A DNA stretch of 64,000 nucleotides from Microcystaceae cyanobacterium (GCA_041746575.1 JBGTGT010000046.1:32363-96362); one strand, 5' to 3'. Numbered from the stretch's first letter, positions 20,567-31,447 are shown. Translations and numbers: made by a program. The notes: generated by a model from the letters alone, not told the origin.

Positions 20567-21031
20567 TTAACGCTTCATTGCTCTTGCCATTTCTCTAGCA
20601 TCGTCGCGCCGTTTTACCGTTTCTCGTTTATCATGAATTTTCTTCCCTTTCCCTAAGCCTAAACTGACTTTGACTTTACTGCCTTTAAAGTACATCTTAA
20701 TCGGTACTAGGGTTAAGCCTTTTTGCTCTACTTTACCAATTAATTTGTTAATTTCTTGTCGGTGTAAAAGCAATTTTCGGTCACGACGTGGATCATGGTT
20801 AAAGTATTCGCCACTGGCTTGATAAGGTGAAATATGAACATTAATCAACCAAATTTCTCCTTGGCGGATTAAACCATATCCATCTCGCAAATTAATTTTT
20901 CCTTCCCGAATAGACTTCACCTCTGTACCAACAAGTTGAATTCCCGCTTCGTAGGTTTCGAGGATTTCGTAGAGAAAGCGAGCTTGACGGTTATCACTGA
21001 TGATTTTGATGCCACTTGTTTGATTACCCAT
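20567..21031 (-). CDS. smpB: SsrA-binding protein
   Basis: NRQARFLYEI, EAGIQLVGTEVKS, RKLLLHRQEI, KGKKIHDKRE. Confidence 0.98.
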   Translation of the reverse strand: MGNQTSGIKIISDNRQARFLYEILETYEAGIQLVGTEVKSIREGKINLRDGYGLIRQGEIWLINVHISPYQASGEYFNHDPRRDRKLLLHRQEINKLIGKVEQKGLTLVPIKMYFKGSKVKVSLGLGKGKKIHDKRETVKRRDDAREMARAMKR

Positions 21032-21073
21032 AGTCTTTCTAGGATAACATTTGTTTAAGAAAATAAGATAATT

Positions 21074-22024
21074 TTAAATTCCGCCCCAAAAGAAGCGCAT
21101 TAACCAAAAAGGAACTAAAAGTCCTAAAACGATCCAGTCTGCTCCTCTTAACTGTAATTTGTGCCATTGGACTTCATGTTCATTGGGACTGGTAAATCCT
21201 CGCACATCCATGGCGGTCGCAATTTGTTCAGCACGCCTTAAGAGATTTTCTAAGAGTCGTTCCACAACAATCAGCCAAACCTGCATACTACGCTTAAAAC
21301 CCAGTTTTTTCCAATTAATTGCCCTAGTACGAATCGATCTAGCTAAATTTTGAATTTCTTCAAGCACTAAGGGAATAAAGCGTAGAGAAAGGGTAAGGGT
21401 TAACATTACTTCAGTAATTGGCAGTTTAAAGCGACGCAAAGGGGAAAGGAGGTCATCTAGCCCTGCAGTGATGGCTTCAGGTGCAGTAGTGAGTAAATAG
21501 AGGTTACAGCTATAAATCAGGGTAAAAATGAGGGTACTGATGCGGATTCCCAAGTCTAAGGAGCGACGGGTTACAAAAAGCTTTCCCCAGTCTAGGACAA
21601 CATAATTATAATCGCTAGGTTGAGGTAAACCTTTTAAGGCTTCAATTTTTTGTTCAATTTCAGGGCAAAGGCTAAATTTTCCGTTTTCTTGGCAATACTG
21701 CGGGATAATATCTCCGGCGGGCAGACGAGATTGGGTGTTAATATCAAGGCCATCGGGACTGATAGCAGTTAAGAGGAAAACCAATCCCCCCAAAGTTAAT
21801 AACCATCCCATTTGTTGCCGCCAAACTCGTAGCGGAATTCTGGCTAGTAGGGTTAACACGATTAATAGAATTACTATCCCGATACGCCATTCGGCGGTGG
21901 CTAATAAAGGGGCGAGTAAAAAGGTCATTAACCATGTTAACTTGACTCTGGGGTCGAGGTGATGTAACCAAGTAACGGGTTTTTCTAAGTAGAGGCCAAT
22001 AGGAAGCGATCGCAGTAAATCCAT
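21074..22024 (-). CDS. Energy-coupling factor transporter transmembrane component (EcfT/CbiQ, Ycf92-like)
   Basis: MDLLRSLPIGLY, LDPRVK, LSLRFIPLVLEE, AMDVRGF. Confidence 0.9.
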   Translation of the reverse strand: MDLLRSLPIGLYLEKPVTWLHHLDPRVKLTWLMTFLLAPLLATAEWRIGIVILLIVLTLLARIPLRVWRQQMGWLLTLGGLVFLLTAISPDGLDINTQSRLPAGDIIPQYCQENGKFSLCPEIEQKIEALKGLPQPSDYNYVVLDWGKLFVTRRSLDLGIRISTLIFTLIYSCNLYLLTTAPEAITAGLDDLLSPLRRFKLPITEVMLTLTLSLRFIPLVLEEIQNLARSIRTRAINWKKLGFKRSMQVWLIVVERLLENLLRRAEQIATAMDVRGFTSPNEHEVQWHKLQLRGADWIVLGLLVPFWLMRFFWGGI

Positions 22025-22061
22025 GCTATCTGTTGATCAAGAATGAATATTAAAACACATT

Positions 22062-22589
22062 ATGGAATTTCTTTATCTTAACACCCAATTACCCCATCTT
22101 GCTACGGAAATTCGTTCAATTTTAACGCCATCAATTCTTAAAGAAATGTATCTTCATGCTTATCGTTGTTATCCTGAAGAATGTTGCGGTTTGGTCTTAC
22201 AAAAAGGGCTGAAGGTTTGTCAAAATATGCAGAATAAATGGCATACTCTCGACCCCATTCATTATCCAAGAACGGCACAGGAAGCTTTTCTTTTGTCTGC
22301 GGAAGATTCTTTGTTTTTGAGTCGTAATATCGAATCAGAAAATTCGGTTAAAATTCTTTATCATTCCCATGTGAATGTGGGAGCTTATTTAAGTGAAGAA
22401 GATCGCCAAAATGCTTTATTTGAAGGAAAACCGATTTATCCAATCGATCATTTTGTTATTGATATCCGTCAAGAGCAAGTGGTCGAAGCTAAATTATTTC
22501 GTTTTAGGGAAGATAACTATCAATTAATAGCAACATTGTCGGGTTTGAAATTGAGCGAATCCTTCAGGAACTCATCGGAAAAAAAATAG
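22062..22589 (+). CDS. JAB/MPN/Mov34 family metalloprotease
   Basis: HAYRCYPEECCG and intact JAMM motif HSHx7Sx2D (YHSHVNVGAYLSEED). Confidence 0.88.
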   Translation: MEFLYLNTQLPHLATEIRSILTPSILKEMYLHAYRCYPEECCGLVLQKGLKVCQNMQNKWHTLDPIHYPRTAQEAFLLSAEDSLFLSRNIESENSVKILYHSHVNVGAYLSEEDRQNALFEGKPIYPIDHFVIDIRQEQVVEAKLFRFREDNYQLIATLSGLKLSESFRNSSEKK

Positions 22590-23982
22590 AAAAAATACTT
22601 CCCTGATTGGGTTTAGACATAACTTGAATCGTGCCGCCCATTCCTTCAACTAAAGTTTTAACAATAGAAAGACCTAAGCCTGTGCCTCCTGTGGTGCGAG
22701 AGCGGGCTTCATCTACTCGATAAAAACGTTCAAAAATACGCCCTTGATCGGCTAAAGGGATGCCTAACCCTTGATCACAAACTTCAATAATCACTTGCTT
22801 TTCTTGTTGCTTTAAGTTAAGCGTAATGGGAGTACCATCAGGGGAATATTTAACGGCATTATCAATCAAATTTAATAAGACTTGTTTTAAGCGATTGATG
22901 TCTGCTTTAATCATTAATAAAGTGTCGGCTTCATTCACATTAATCGGACGGTTGCTGTATTGACGCGTCATTTTAATCACTTCTTTGATGAGAGAATTAA
23001 CAACAACTTGATCCCGATGGAAGAGCATTTGACCCCCATCTGCTCTGGCTAAGTCTAATAGGTCTTGCAATAATTGGGTTGTTCTTTCTGCTTCTGAAAC
23101 GGCAGTCTCTAGGGCTTCTCTTTGGGATTGTGTTAAATTACTGCCTCGTCTTAAGGTACTTTGTAAATAACCCGAAACGATGGTGAGAGGGGTACGTAAT
23201 TCATGGGAGACATTGCTTAACAACTGTTGTTGATGATCCCATGCTTGACTCAATCGATCTAACATTTGATCGAAGGTTCGGGCTAATTTTTTGACCTCTT
23301 GGGGGGCGTTTTCTAAGTGTAGGCGAGCTTGAGATAATTGAGCAATAGACAGATTAGCCGAGAGTTGACTGATGCGATCTAAGGGTTGTAAGCTTTTTTT
23401 GACGTACCATGCGATTAATCCCGTCATCAAGGTAATCGCGATCGCTGTCGCTAAACTTAAACTTTTAATCAAATTAATAAACATGGTCTGATCCCCTGTA
23501 ATATCTTGAGCAATGTAGAATTTGCCAATATTTTGACCGCTTATTCGTAAATCCAACGCACAAACTAGCCAAAATCGTCCTTTTATTCTTTTTAATTCGG
23601 GTTTAGGAGGAATTTGGGCTAAAGCCGTTAAGTCCATTTTTTGAGGGTGGAGGGGCATCAGATGGGATTGTGCTAGGATTTGGCCTTGAGGATTTTTTAA
23701 CCAGAGTAACGTCTGAGTATTGGTCAAATTATTAATCGTTTTCTGCGCGCCCTCTTCAACGGTCACCATATCGCTGTAAATCTCTACATCATGGGGTAAT
23801 CGTTCAGCAATGTAGCGGACATTTTGCTTATGGGTAGCGATTAAAATTGTCTGCATTCGCCAGCTCATCCAAGCAGAAAGACTGCTTAATCCTAAAATAG
23901 AGACGAAGGCAACTCCCAAGGTCAATCGCCAGCGTAATGATGTAAAATTTTGTTCTAACCAAAGTTTAAGGGGTTTTATCAT
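22564..23982 (-). CDS. Membrane sensor histidine kinase (2 TM, HAMP, HisKA, HATPase), ManS/Hik27-like
   Basis: SHELRTPLT, NLIDNAVKYS, DQGLGI, FERFYRVD, GTGLGL; likely start MIKPLK at 23982. Confidence 0.9.
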   Translation of the reverse strand: MIKPLKLWLEQNFTSLRWRLTLGVAFVSILGLSSLSAWMSWRMQTILIATHKQNVRYIAERLPHDVEIYSDMVTVEEGAQKTINNLTNTQTLLWLKNPQGQILAQSHLMPLHPQKMDLTALAQIPPKPELKRIKGRFWLVCALDLRISGQNIGKFYIAQDITGDQTMFINLIKSLSLATAIAITLMTGLIAWYVKKSLQPLDRISQLSANLSIAQLSQARLHLENAPQEVKKLARTFDQMLDRLSQAWDHQQQLLSNVSHELRTPLTIVSGYLQSTLRRGSNLTQSQREALETAVSEAERTTQLLQDLLDLARADGGQMLFHRDQVVVNSLIKEVIKMTRQYSNRPINVNEADTLLMIKADINRLKQVLLNLIDNAVKYSPDGTPITLNLKQQEKQVIIEVCDQGLGIPLADQGRIFERFYRVDEARSRTTGGTGLGLSIVKTLVEGMGGTIQVMSKPNQGSIFSIFFPMSS

Positions 23983-24353
23983 TGAGCGTTTCCCAGAATT
24001 AAGATATATTTCTCCACTAATTCGAGTGTGCGGATTGTATATAAGGAATATCTGATAAAAAACTGAGAATTTGCTGAAGCATAGGAGATCGCAAAGAGTC
24101 AATCTGCTGTCTAAAACGAGGAAATTAGCCACTTTTTCTGCTCGTTTTGCCTAAGGATAAAGCAAGAAGTCAATATCTCTTATCCCGTTTCCCAGATGAG
24201 AGGCGTTTTGCTTTCGTGTCGCACCTGCGATACAATTCAGAAGTGGCATTTTCGCTGGTTCATAAGTATTTCTGCCCCAATTCAAGATGTTTGTCTTTTT
24301 CGGTTGACGTTAGTTTCTCATCTTGCTCTACTCGACGAATTCAAGTGAAAAAT

Positions 24354-26501
24354 ATGCCAAGTCAAAACTCTGAAGGTTTGTACATTGCGCTAATCAGCGT
24401 GCATGGCTTGATCCGAGGCCATGATTTAGAACTAGGACGGGATGCCGACACGGGCGGCCAGACGAAGTATGTCGTGGAACTTGCCCGTGCTTTGAGCCGA
24501 TTGCCTGACGTAGCCGCCGTTGACCTGTTTACTCGTTTAGTGATGGCCCCCGAAGTAGATACAGATTACGGTGAAGAAATTGAATCGCTAGGGGACGGAG
24601 CGCGCATTGTTCGCGTTGTTTCTGGGTCACCAGAGGAGTATCTTGCCAAAGAATCACTATGGGATCACCTAGACAGTTTCTTCGATAATATGCTAACGTT
24701 CATTCGTCATCAAGAGCAAGTGCCGGACATTATTCACAGTCACTATGCGGATGCAGGTTATGTAGGTAGCCGCTTAACCCATTTTCTTGACGTGCCGCTG
24801 GTACATACGGGTCATTCTTTGGGCAGAGTGAAACGCCGTCGGTTACTGGCTAGTGGCCTGTCTTCAGACGAAATTGATCGCCGCTATAATATGTTACGCC
24901 GCATTGAAGCAGAGGAAATGACTCTTGCCAGTGCAGATCGGGTGATTACCAGTACCCATCAAGAGATTGAAGAACAGTACGAATTCTACGATTGCTATCA
25001 ACCTGATCGGATGCGCGTCATTCCGCCTGGTACAGATTTGACGTTGTTTTACCCGCCCGAGGGAGATGAATGGCAAACTTCAATTGGTAAAGAAATTAGC
25101 CGCTTTTTGGACGATCCGAGTAAGCCGCTGATCCTAGCGTTGTCTCGTCCTGATGCTCGCAAAAATATTGAAGCGTTAGTGGACGCCTACGGGAGTTCGA
25201 CTGAGTTACAGGAATTAGCCAATCTAGTCATTATTGCGGGTAATCGAGATGACATCAATGACATGGATGAGGGAGCGCAGGAGGTTCTAACGAATTTGCT
25301 TTTGGCTTTTGATCGTTATAATCTTTATGGTCGAGTCGCTTATCCTAAGCACCACAAAGCCGACGAAGTTCCTTATATCTACCGCATCGCTGCTTTATCC
25401 GGTGGCTTATTCGTCAACCCAGCTTTGACTGAACCCTTTGGGCTGACCTTGATCGAGGCAGCGGCCAGTGGATTGCCCCTTGTGGCCACTGAAGATGGAG
25501 GACCTCGTGATATTACCCGTAATTGTCATAATGGCATTCTCATTGATCCCCTCGACAACGATACCATTACTACGGCATTACTGACCTTGTTGCATGATCC
25601 TGCAAAGCGGCAACAGTTGGCAGATAACGGACTACAGGGGGTGCGCCAACATTACTCTTGGGAAGCTCATGCGACGAGTTATCTTAAAACCATTCGCCCA
25701 TTGGTTGATAAGACTGAAGTGGTACAGGCTGTCCCCCAAACCCGCCGTCCCATGCCTTATCATGATCGTGCTATCTTTAGCGATCTTGATCAAAACCTCT
25801 TGGGTAATCCTGCCGATTTACCCCGTTTTCTTGAGGTACTCCGCAAAAACCGTACGTCCACCACTTTTGGGATCGCCACAGGTCGTCGCTTAGATACCGC
25901 CCTTGAAGCTCTGCGCAAGCACAATGTCCCTGATCCCGACGTGTTGATTACCAGTGCAGGCACGGCTATCCACTACTATCCAGACCTCATAGAAGATATT
26001 TGGTGGACACAGCATATTGATCGTCGCTGGACGCCACCAGAAGTTAAGCGGGTGCTGTCTGGTTTGCCTGGTCTAGAATTACAGCCAAAAGGGCAACAAA
26101 GTCGCTTTAAAATCAGCTATTTCTACAATTCTAACATTGCGCCTCCAGTGGAGGAAATTAATAGCTTATTGTACCAAGAAGACCTAGCGGTGAATGTCAT
26201 CCTTTCATTCGGGCAGTACCTTGATATTTTCCCCATTCGTGCCTCTAAGGGTCAGGCTTTGCGTTATGTTGCCGATCGCTGGAGTATTCCTTTAGAACAA
26301 ATCTTGGTTGCTGGTGGCTCGGGTGCTGATGAGGATATGATGCGGGGTAATACCTTGGCGGTGGTTGTCGCTAATCGCCACCATGAGGAGTTGTCACATC
26401 TAACAGATACTGACCAGATCTATTATGCAACACAATCTTACGCCTTGGGCATTTTGGAAGCGATCGACCACTTCGATTTTTTCAACCGTTTTTCTGCGTA
26501 A
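24354..26501 (+). CDS. spsA: Sucrose-phosphate synthase, bidomain (GT4 plus HAD/SPP-like)
   Basis: SVHGLIRG..ELGRDADTGGQTKYV, HSHYADAG, TGHSLGR, NPALTEPFGLTLIEA; C-terminal SDLDQNL..ATGR..SKGQA; ATG at 24354. Confidence 0.92.
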   Translation: MPSQNSEGLYIALISVHGLIRGHDLELGRDADTGGQTKYVVELARALSRLPDVAAVDLFTRLVMAPEVDTDYGEEIESLGDGARIVRVVSGSPEEYLAKESLWDHLDSFFDNMLTFIRHQEQVPDIIHSHYADAGYVGSRLTHFLDVPLVHTGHSLGRVKRRRLLASGLSSDEIDRRYNMLRRIEAEEMTLASADRVITSTHQEIEEQYEFYDCYQPDRMRVIPPGTDLTLFYPPEGDEWQTSIGKEISRFLDDPSKPLILALSRPDARKNIEALVDAYGSSTELQELANLVIIAGNRDDINDMDEGAQEVLTNLLLAFDRYNLYGRVAYPKHHKADEVPYIYRIAALSGGLFVNPALTEPFGLTLIEAAASGLPLVATEDGGPRDITRNCHNGILIDPLDNDTITTALLTLLHDPAKRQQLADNGLQGVRQHYSWEAHATSYLKTIRPLVDKTEVVQAVPQTRRPMPYHDRAIFSDLDQNLLGNPADLPRFLEVLRKNRTSTTFGIATGRRLDTALEALRKHNVPDPDVLITSAGTAIHYYPDLIEDIWWTQHIDRRWTPPEVKRVLSGLPGLELQPKGQQSRFKISYFYNSNIAPPVEEINSLLYQEDLAVNVILSFGQYLDIFPIRASKGQALRYVADRWSIPLEQILVAGGSGADEDMMRGNTLAVVVANRHHEELSHLTDTDQIYYATQSYALGILEAIDHFDFFNRFSA

Positions 26502-26580
26502 CTCAATTTTGGGTGAGTGGTTCGGACGTTAATGATGATTAAATCGCCTTTTTTTCAGTTTTAGAAATGAGAAGGTGGGT

Positions 26581-27498
26581 TTATAATTTATAATTTTTAA
26601 ATACTGTTAAAGCCGCACGATGAAGCAGGGTATGACGATAAACTAAAGCGTTTAAATCTTCACTATAACCCCCACCAATTACACAAGCAACGGGATACCC
26701 TAAGGCTAAACAGGTACTCAAAACCTGCATTTCACGGCGATAAATTCCTTGATCGCTTAAGGCTAATTTACCCAGTTTATCATCTACATGGGTATCGACT
26801 CCCGCATCATAAAGTACTAAATCGGGCTTAAATTGCGTTAAGATATTGGGTAAAAATTGCGCCAAAACTTGTAAATATCCTTCATCATCTAAACCAATCG
26901 GTAAAGGAATATCGAGGTCACTATTTTGTTTTTTGCCCGGAAAATTGGCTTCACAGTGCATCGAAAAGGTAAAAACATAAGGATCATTTTGGAAAATCCA
27001 CGCCGTTCCATCCCCTTGATGAACATCAAGATCCACAATGAGAATTCTAGCGACTTCTTCCATTTGTCGCAAATAGCGAGCCGCGATCGCTAAATCATTA
27101 AAAATACAAAAGCCCGATCCATAGCTAGGAAAAGCATGATGAGTTCCCCCCGCAGTATTACAAGCTATTCCGTATTTTAACGCTAATTTTGCGGTTAATA
27201 ACGTGCCACCAACAGCTGTGCAAGTTCGTTTGACTAAGGCAGGACTCCAAGGTAAACCGATACGACGCTGTGCTTTTACGTCTAATGTTCCATTTAAATA
27301 AGCAGAAACGTATTCAGGGCGATGAACGGTTTGAATTAATTGATCATCGGGTAATTCAGGTTTATAAACCCCCGCAGAATCGATAATTTCATCTTTGAGT
27401 AATAATTCATAAATTCGTCTAAACTTAGACATCGGGAAACGATGTCCCTCTGGCAATGGTACAACGTAATTAGGATGATAAACCGTAGGTAAGGTCAT
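26581..27498 (-). CDS. Histone deacetylase family protein
   Basis: HRFPMSKF, GGTHHA, GFCIFND, DLDVHQGDGT, GGGY. Confidence 0.93.
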   Translation of the reverse strand: MTLPTVYHPNYVVPLPEGHRFPMSKFRRIYELLLKDEIIDSAGVYKPELPDDQLIQTVHRPEYVSAYLNGTLDVKAQRRIGLPWSPALVKRTCTAVGGTLLTAKLALKYGIACNTAGGTHHAFPSYGSGFCIFNDLAIAARYLRQMEEVARILIVDLDVHQGDGTAWIFQNDPYVFTFSMHCEANFPGKKQNSDLDIPLPIGLDDEGYLQVLAQFLPNILTQFKPDLVLYDAGVDTHVDDKLGKLALSDQGIYRREMQVLSTCLALGYPVACVIGGGYSEDLNALVYRHTLLHRAALTVFKNYKL

Positions 27499-27556
27499 GT
27501 AAAAAAAAAAATGACGGAGATAAAGCCAGTCAAACTCCATTATAAAGGGCTTTTTT

Positions 27557-30373
27557 ATGAATTCAGACCTAACGATTCACGCACTCCAAACAGAGATTGA
27601 AAAATTGAAAGCACAATTGGCAGACTTTCAGCCCTTACATCAAAATCTGCTCCAAAAAATTCAGGATATTCAAGAGCGTTGGGATCTGGTTTTACAGGGA
27701 ACAAATGATGGTATTTGGGATTGGAATATTCAAACCAATGCGTTATTTATTTCTCCCCGTTGGCAGGAAATGTTAGGCTATCAACCCTCTGAATTAGTCA
27801 GTCATTTTGAGACGTGGCATTCCTTATTACATCCGCAAGATCGAGAACGGGTTTTACAAAGTTTACAGGATTATCTGGCGCAAAAAGTTCCTTCCTACGC
27901 GGTAGAGTTTCGCTTAAAAAGTAAAGGGGGAAGTTATCAATGGATTTTATCACGGGGTCAAGCCAAATGGGATAATCAAGGTCGTCCAATAAGGATGGCT
28001 GGTTCTCATACGGATATTAGTGAACGCAAAATGATTGAGGAGTCGTTAGAATTAGAAAAAACGCTCTTACGCTCAATTATAGATTGTATTCCTGATAGTA
28101 TTTTTTATAAGAATCATCGAGGTATTTACTTAGCATGTAATCAAGCTTTTCAAAATCAATTAGGCAAGGATGAAACAGAAATTATTGGTGCAACAAACTT
28201 TGATTTATTTGACTCAAAGATGGCCATTTTATCTCGACAGCAAGATCAAGAAATGACCCAGTCAAAAAAACCGCAACGTCACGAAGAATGGGTAATCTAC
28301 CCTGATGGAAAGCGTCGTCTGTTAGATACCTTAAAAACGCCTTTATTTGGCTACCAAAATGCCGTGATTGGTCTTATTGGAATTAGTCGAGATATTACAG
28401 ACAGAAATCAGAAAGAAATTGCTTTGCAAAAACAGGTTGAACGGAATCATTTACTCAGTCGAATTGCGCGCCAGTTGATTGATCAAAACTTGGATTTAGC
28501 GATCCAAGATACCTTACAAAAGATTGGGCAGTTTACGGATAGCGATCGCGCTTATATGATTCATTATTCTTCAAGTCAAGAACATTGGAGCATGAAATAT
28601 GAATGGTGTCGTGAGGGAATTGAAGCATTAATTGAGCGGTCTCAGGATGCCCCAAAGGATACAGTTCCTTGGTTTTCTCAGCAATTATTGAAGGGACATT
28701 CTATTAGGATTAATTGTTTAGAAGATATTCCTTTAAATGCTAAAGTGGAACGGAGTATTTTCCAAAAAAGTACCAGTCCAACTCTAGTTGTTGCACCGAT
28801 GATTCGAGGCGGTAAACCCTTTGGCTATCTGGGATTAGAGGGTTCAAGTAGTAAGATTTGGCTGCAAGAAGATATCGATTTTTTGAAGTTAGTTGGAGAA
28901 TTTCTAGCCATTGCTGAGACTCGTTTTCAAGCGGAAGAAGCGTTAAAAAAAGCCAAAGAAGATGCCGATGCAGCTAATCGAGCAAAAAGTGATTTTTTGG
29001 CAAGTATGAGTCACGAATTACGCACGCCGCTTAATGCGATTTTGGGCTTTACTCAAGTGATGAATCGAGATAATAATCTCAATGTAGAACAAAGACAAAA
29101 TATTAATATTATTAGTCGTAGTGGTGAACATTTGCTAGATTTAATTAATGATATTTTAGAAATGTCCAAAATTGAGGCTGGACGCATTAGTTTAAACAAA
29201 AATAGCTTTGATTTATATCATCTTCTTGACAGTTTAGAAAGTCTGTTACAGGGCAAAGCACAAACCAAGGGTTTGCAACTCATTTTTGAACGAACAGCTG
29301 ATGTTTCTCAATACATTCAAACCGATGAAGGAAAATTACGCCAAGTTCTTTTAAATTTACTGGGAAATGCTCTTAAATTTACTCACGAAGGAGGAATTAT
29401 TCTACGGATAAAAAAAGGTCATCAATTTCATAGATTACTATTTGAAATCGAGGATACGGGTGAAGGCATTGCCCCAGAGGAAATTCCTCAATTATTTGAA
29501 GCCTTTAGTCAAACGAAAACAGGTCGAAAAGCGCAACAAGGCACTGGGTTAGGACTCTCTATTAGTCAAAAATTTGTTCAGTTAATGGGGGGGGATATTC
29601 AAGTCAGTAGTGCCGTTGGGAAAGGGAGTTTATTCCTGTTTGAAATTACTATCGAAATAGCGGAAGAAAGTCAAGTTAACCGTCCTAAAAACATGCTTAA
29701 AGTGATTGGTTTAGCTCCTAATCAACCCATCTATCGGATTTTGGTCGTAGATGATCGCCATGAAAGTCGTCAATTACTGTTAAAATTGCTATTATCTGTG
29801 GGTTTTGAGGTAGAAGAAGCCAGAAATGGCAAGGAAGCGATAGGTATTTGGGAAAAGTGGCACCCTCATTTAATCTGGATGGATATCCGAATGCCGATTA
29901 TGGATGGTTATGAGGCAACTCAACGCATTAAAGCGACACCTCAAGGCAAAGACACGATGATTATTGCCCTGACGGCGAGTGCTTTTTCAGAAGACTGTGA
30001 GATGGTGTTATCAGCAGGCTGTGATGATTTTATGCGTAAACCATTTCGAGAAGAGGTATTATGGCAAAAAATGGCAGACTATTTAGGGGTTCAATATGTT
30101 TATGAGGAGACGAACACCAAAACGGACACTTTGCTCAGTCAACGTCCTAAATTGGCAACTTTTCAGCAATTAAAAGACGAATTGGAGCAAATACCTCAAC
30201 AGTGGCTTTCAAATTTCCATCGGAAAGCTTTAGAGTGTGACGATGACGCATTGTTGACGTTAATTAATGATCTGCCTCCTCATTTATCTTATTTATCACA
30301 AACGCTTCATCATTGGAATAACAATTATCTCTTTGAACAAATGATAGAATTAATAGAGAATCTGGAAAAATAG
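27557..30373 (+). CDS. Hybrid sensor histidine kinase (PAS-PAS-GAF-HisKA-HATPase-REC)
   Basis: DGIWDW PAS, MSHELRTPLN, NLLGNALKFT, GTGLGL, VVDD..MDIRMP..KP. Confidence 0.93.
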   Translation: MNSDLTIHALQTEIEKLKAQLADFQPLHQNLLQKIQDIQERWDLVLQGTNDGIWDWNIQTNALFISPRWQEMLGYQPSELVSHFETWHSLLHPQDRERVLQSLQDYLAQKVPSYAVEFRLKSKGGSYQWILSRGQAKWDNQGRPIRMAGSHTDISERKMIEESLELEKTLLRSIIDCIPDSIFYKNHRGIYLACNQAFQNQLGKDETEIIGATNFDLFDSKMAILSRQQDQEMTQSKKPQRHEEWVIYPDGKRRLLDTLKTPLFGYQNAVIGLIGISRDITDRNQKEIALQKQVERNHLLSRIARQLIDQNLDLAIQDTLQKIGQFTDSDRAYMIHYSSSQEHWSMKYEWCREGIEALIERSQDAPKDTVPWFSQQLLKGHSIRINCLEDIPLNAKVERSIFQKSTSPTLVVAPMIRGGKPFGYLGLEGSSSKIWLQEDIDFLKLVGEFLAIAETRFQAEEALKKAKEDADAANRAKSDFLASMSHELRTPLNAILGFTQVMNRDNNLNVEQRQNINIISRSGEHLLDLINDILEMSKIEAGRISLNKNSFDLYHLLDSLESLLQGKAQTKGLQLIFERTADVSQYIQTDEGKLRQVLLNLLGNALKFTHEGGIILRIKKGHQFHRLLFEIEDTGEGIAPEEIPQLFEAFSQTKTGRKAQQGTGLGLSISQKFVQLMGGDIQVSSAVGKGSLFLFEITIEIAEESQVNRPKNMLKVIGLAPNQPIYRILVVDDRHESRQLLLKLLLSVGFEVEEARNGKEAIGIWEKWHPHLIWMDIRMPIMDGYEATQRIKATPQGKDTMIIALTASAFSEDCEMVLSAGCDDFMRKPFREEVLWQKMADYLGVQYVYEETNTKTDTLLSQRPKLATFQQLKDELEQIPQQWLSNFHRKALECDDDALLTLINDLPPHLSYLSQTLHHWNNNYLFEQMIELIENLEK

Positions 30374-30415
30374 AATATAAACAATTTTAATGCTTAGGGT
30401 GAGGAAAGGGTAGAA

Positions 30416-31447
30416 ATGGATATTCGTTGTTGCCCCATTAATTTTAATTATTGGTATGCTATTGCCTCATCTCAAGAGGTTAGAAATGAGCCTATTGGAG
30501 TAATTCTTTGGCACAAAGCAATTGTTATTTATCGAGATAGTAACGGTAAAATTAACGCATTAGAAGATCGATGTCCTCATCGTCAAGTTAAACTAAGTCA
30601 TGGAAAAGTAATTACTGACGCGATAGAATGCACTTACCACGGTTGGCAATTTAATAATAAAGGAGAGTGTACGTTAATTCCTTACCTTGCTAGCCATCAA
30701 AAATTACCCTCTTGTTCGATTGAAGTTTATCCTGCTAAAGAGTTAAATGGATTTATTTGGATTTATTTAGGAGATAAAAATAATTTAAAAACAGAAAAAA
30801 TTGAACCTTTAGTCATTCCTGAATGGGATCATCTCAATTATATCGCCACGGTGTCTACTATTGATTGTCGAGGACATTTTTCGTTTTTAATTGAAAATTT
30901 AATGGATATGTATCATGGTCATTTGCACAATAATTATCAAGCTTGGACATCTGCTAAACTAAAACATCTTACCAGTGAAGACCACAAGGTGGAAGCGGAA
31001 TATGAAGCGCAAAGTTATTATAAAATTGATCAGATTTGGTCTATTTCTCAACTCTTTTTTCCGTCTTTACGTCGCTTGCATCCTGAGCCGTTAAAGGTGA
31101 GTTATCTATATCCAAACTGGCGGTCAACGTTAGGTCAAGATTTTGTAATTTACTGCTTATTTTGCCCCATCAATCAAACCCACACTCGTGCTTTTTTAAT
31201 CCATTTTACTTCTTTAAATGCTTTTTGGCGACTACACAAATTGCCCATTAAATTTCGCCGTGGGTTGAAAAATCGCTTATATGGTTCAGCACAAAAGTTA
31301 CTCGATGGTTTAGTGGCTCAAGATGTTAAAATGATTGAACAAGAGCAACAAGCTTATCTCAAAGATCCCCAGTCTCGAACCTATGAAGTCAATCCTACCC
31401 TTGGCAAAGTTCAACAACTAATTGACCAAGAAGTTAAAAAAATCTAA
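30416..31447 (+). CDS. Rieske non-heme iron oxygenase alpha subunit
   Basis: DRCPHR, CTYHGW, ENLMDMYHGHLH. Confidence 0.92.
   Translation: MDIRCCPINFNYWYAIASSQEVRNEPIGVILWHKAIVIYRDSNGKINALEDRCPHRQVKLSHGKVITDAIECTYHGWQFNNKGECTLIPYLASHQKLPSCSIEVYPAKELNGFIWIYLGDKNNLKTEKIEPLVIPEWDHLNYIATVSTIDCRGHFSFLIENLMDMYHGHLHNNYQAWTSAKLKHLTSEDHKVEAEYEAQSYYKIDQIWSISQLFFPSLRRLHPEPLKVSYLYPNWRSTLGQDFVIYCLFCPINQTHTRAFLIHFTSLNAFWRLHKLPIKFRRGLKNRLYGSAQKLLDGLVAQDVKMIEQEQQAYLKDPQSRTYEVNPTLGKVQQLIDQEVKKI

Noticed and set aside
24147..24353. N-terminal extension of SPS in the ORF track (similarly 23983-24132 of the kinase and 8806-9018)
   Set aside because: Not protein-like and upstream of the recognisable family start; probably promoter DNA
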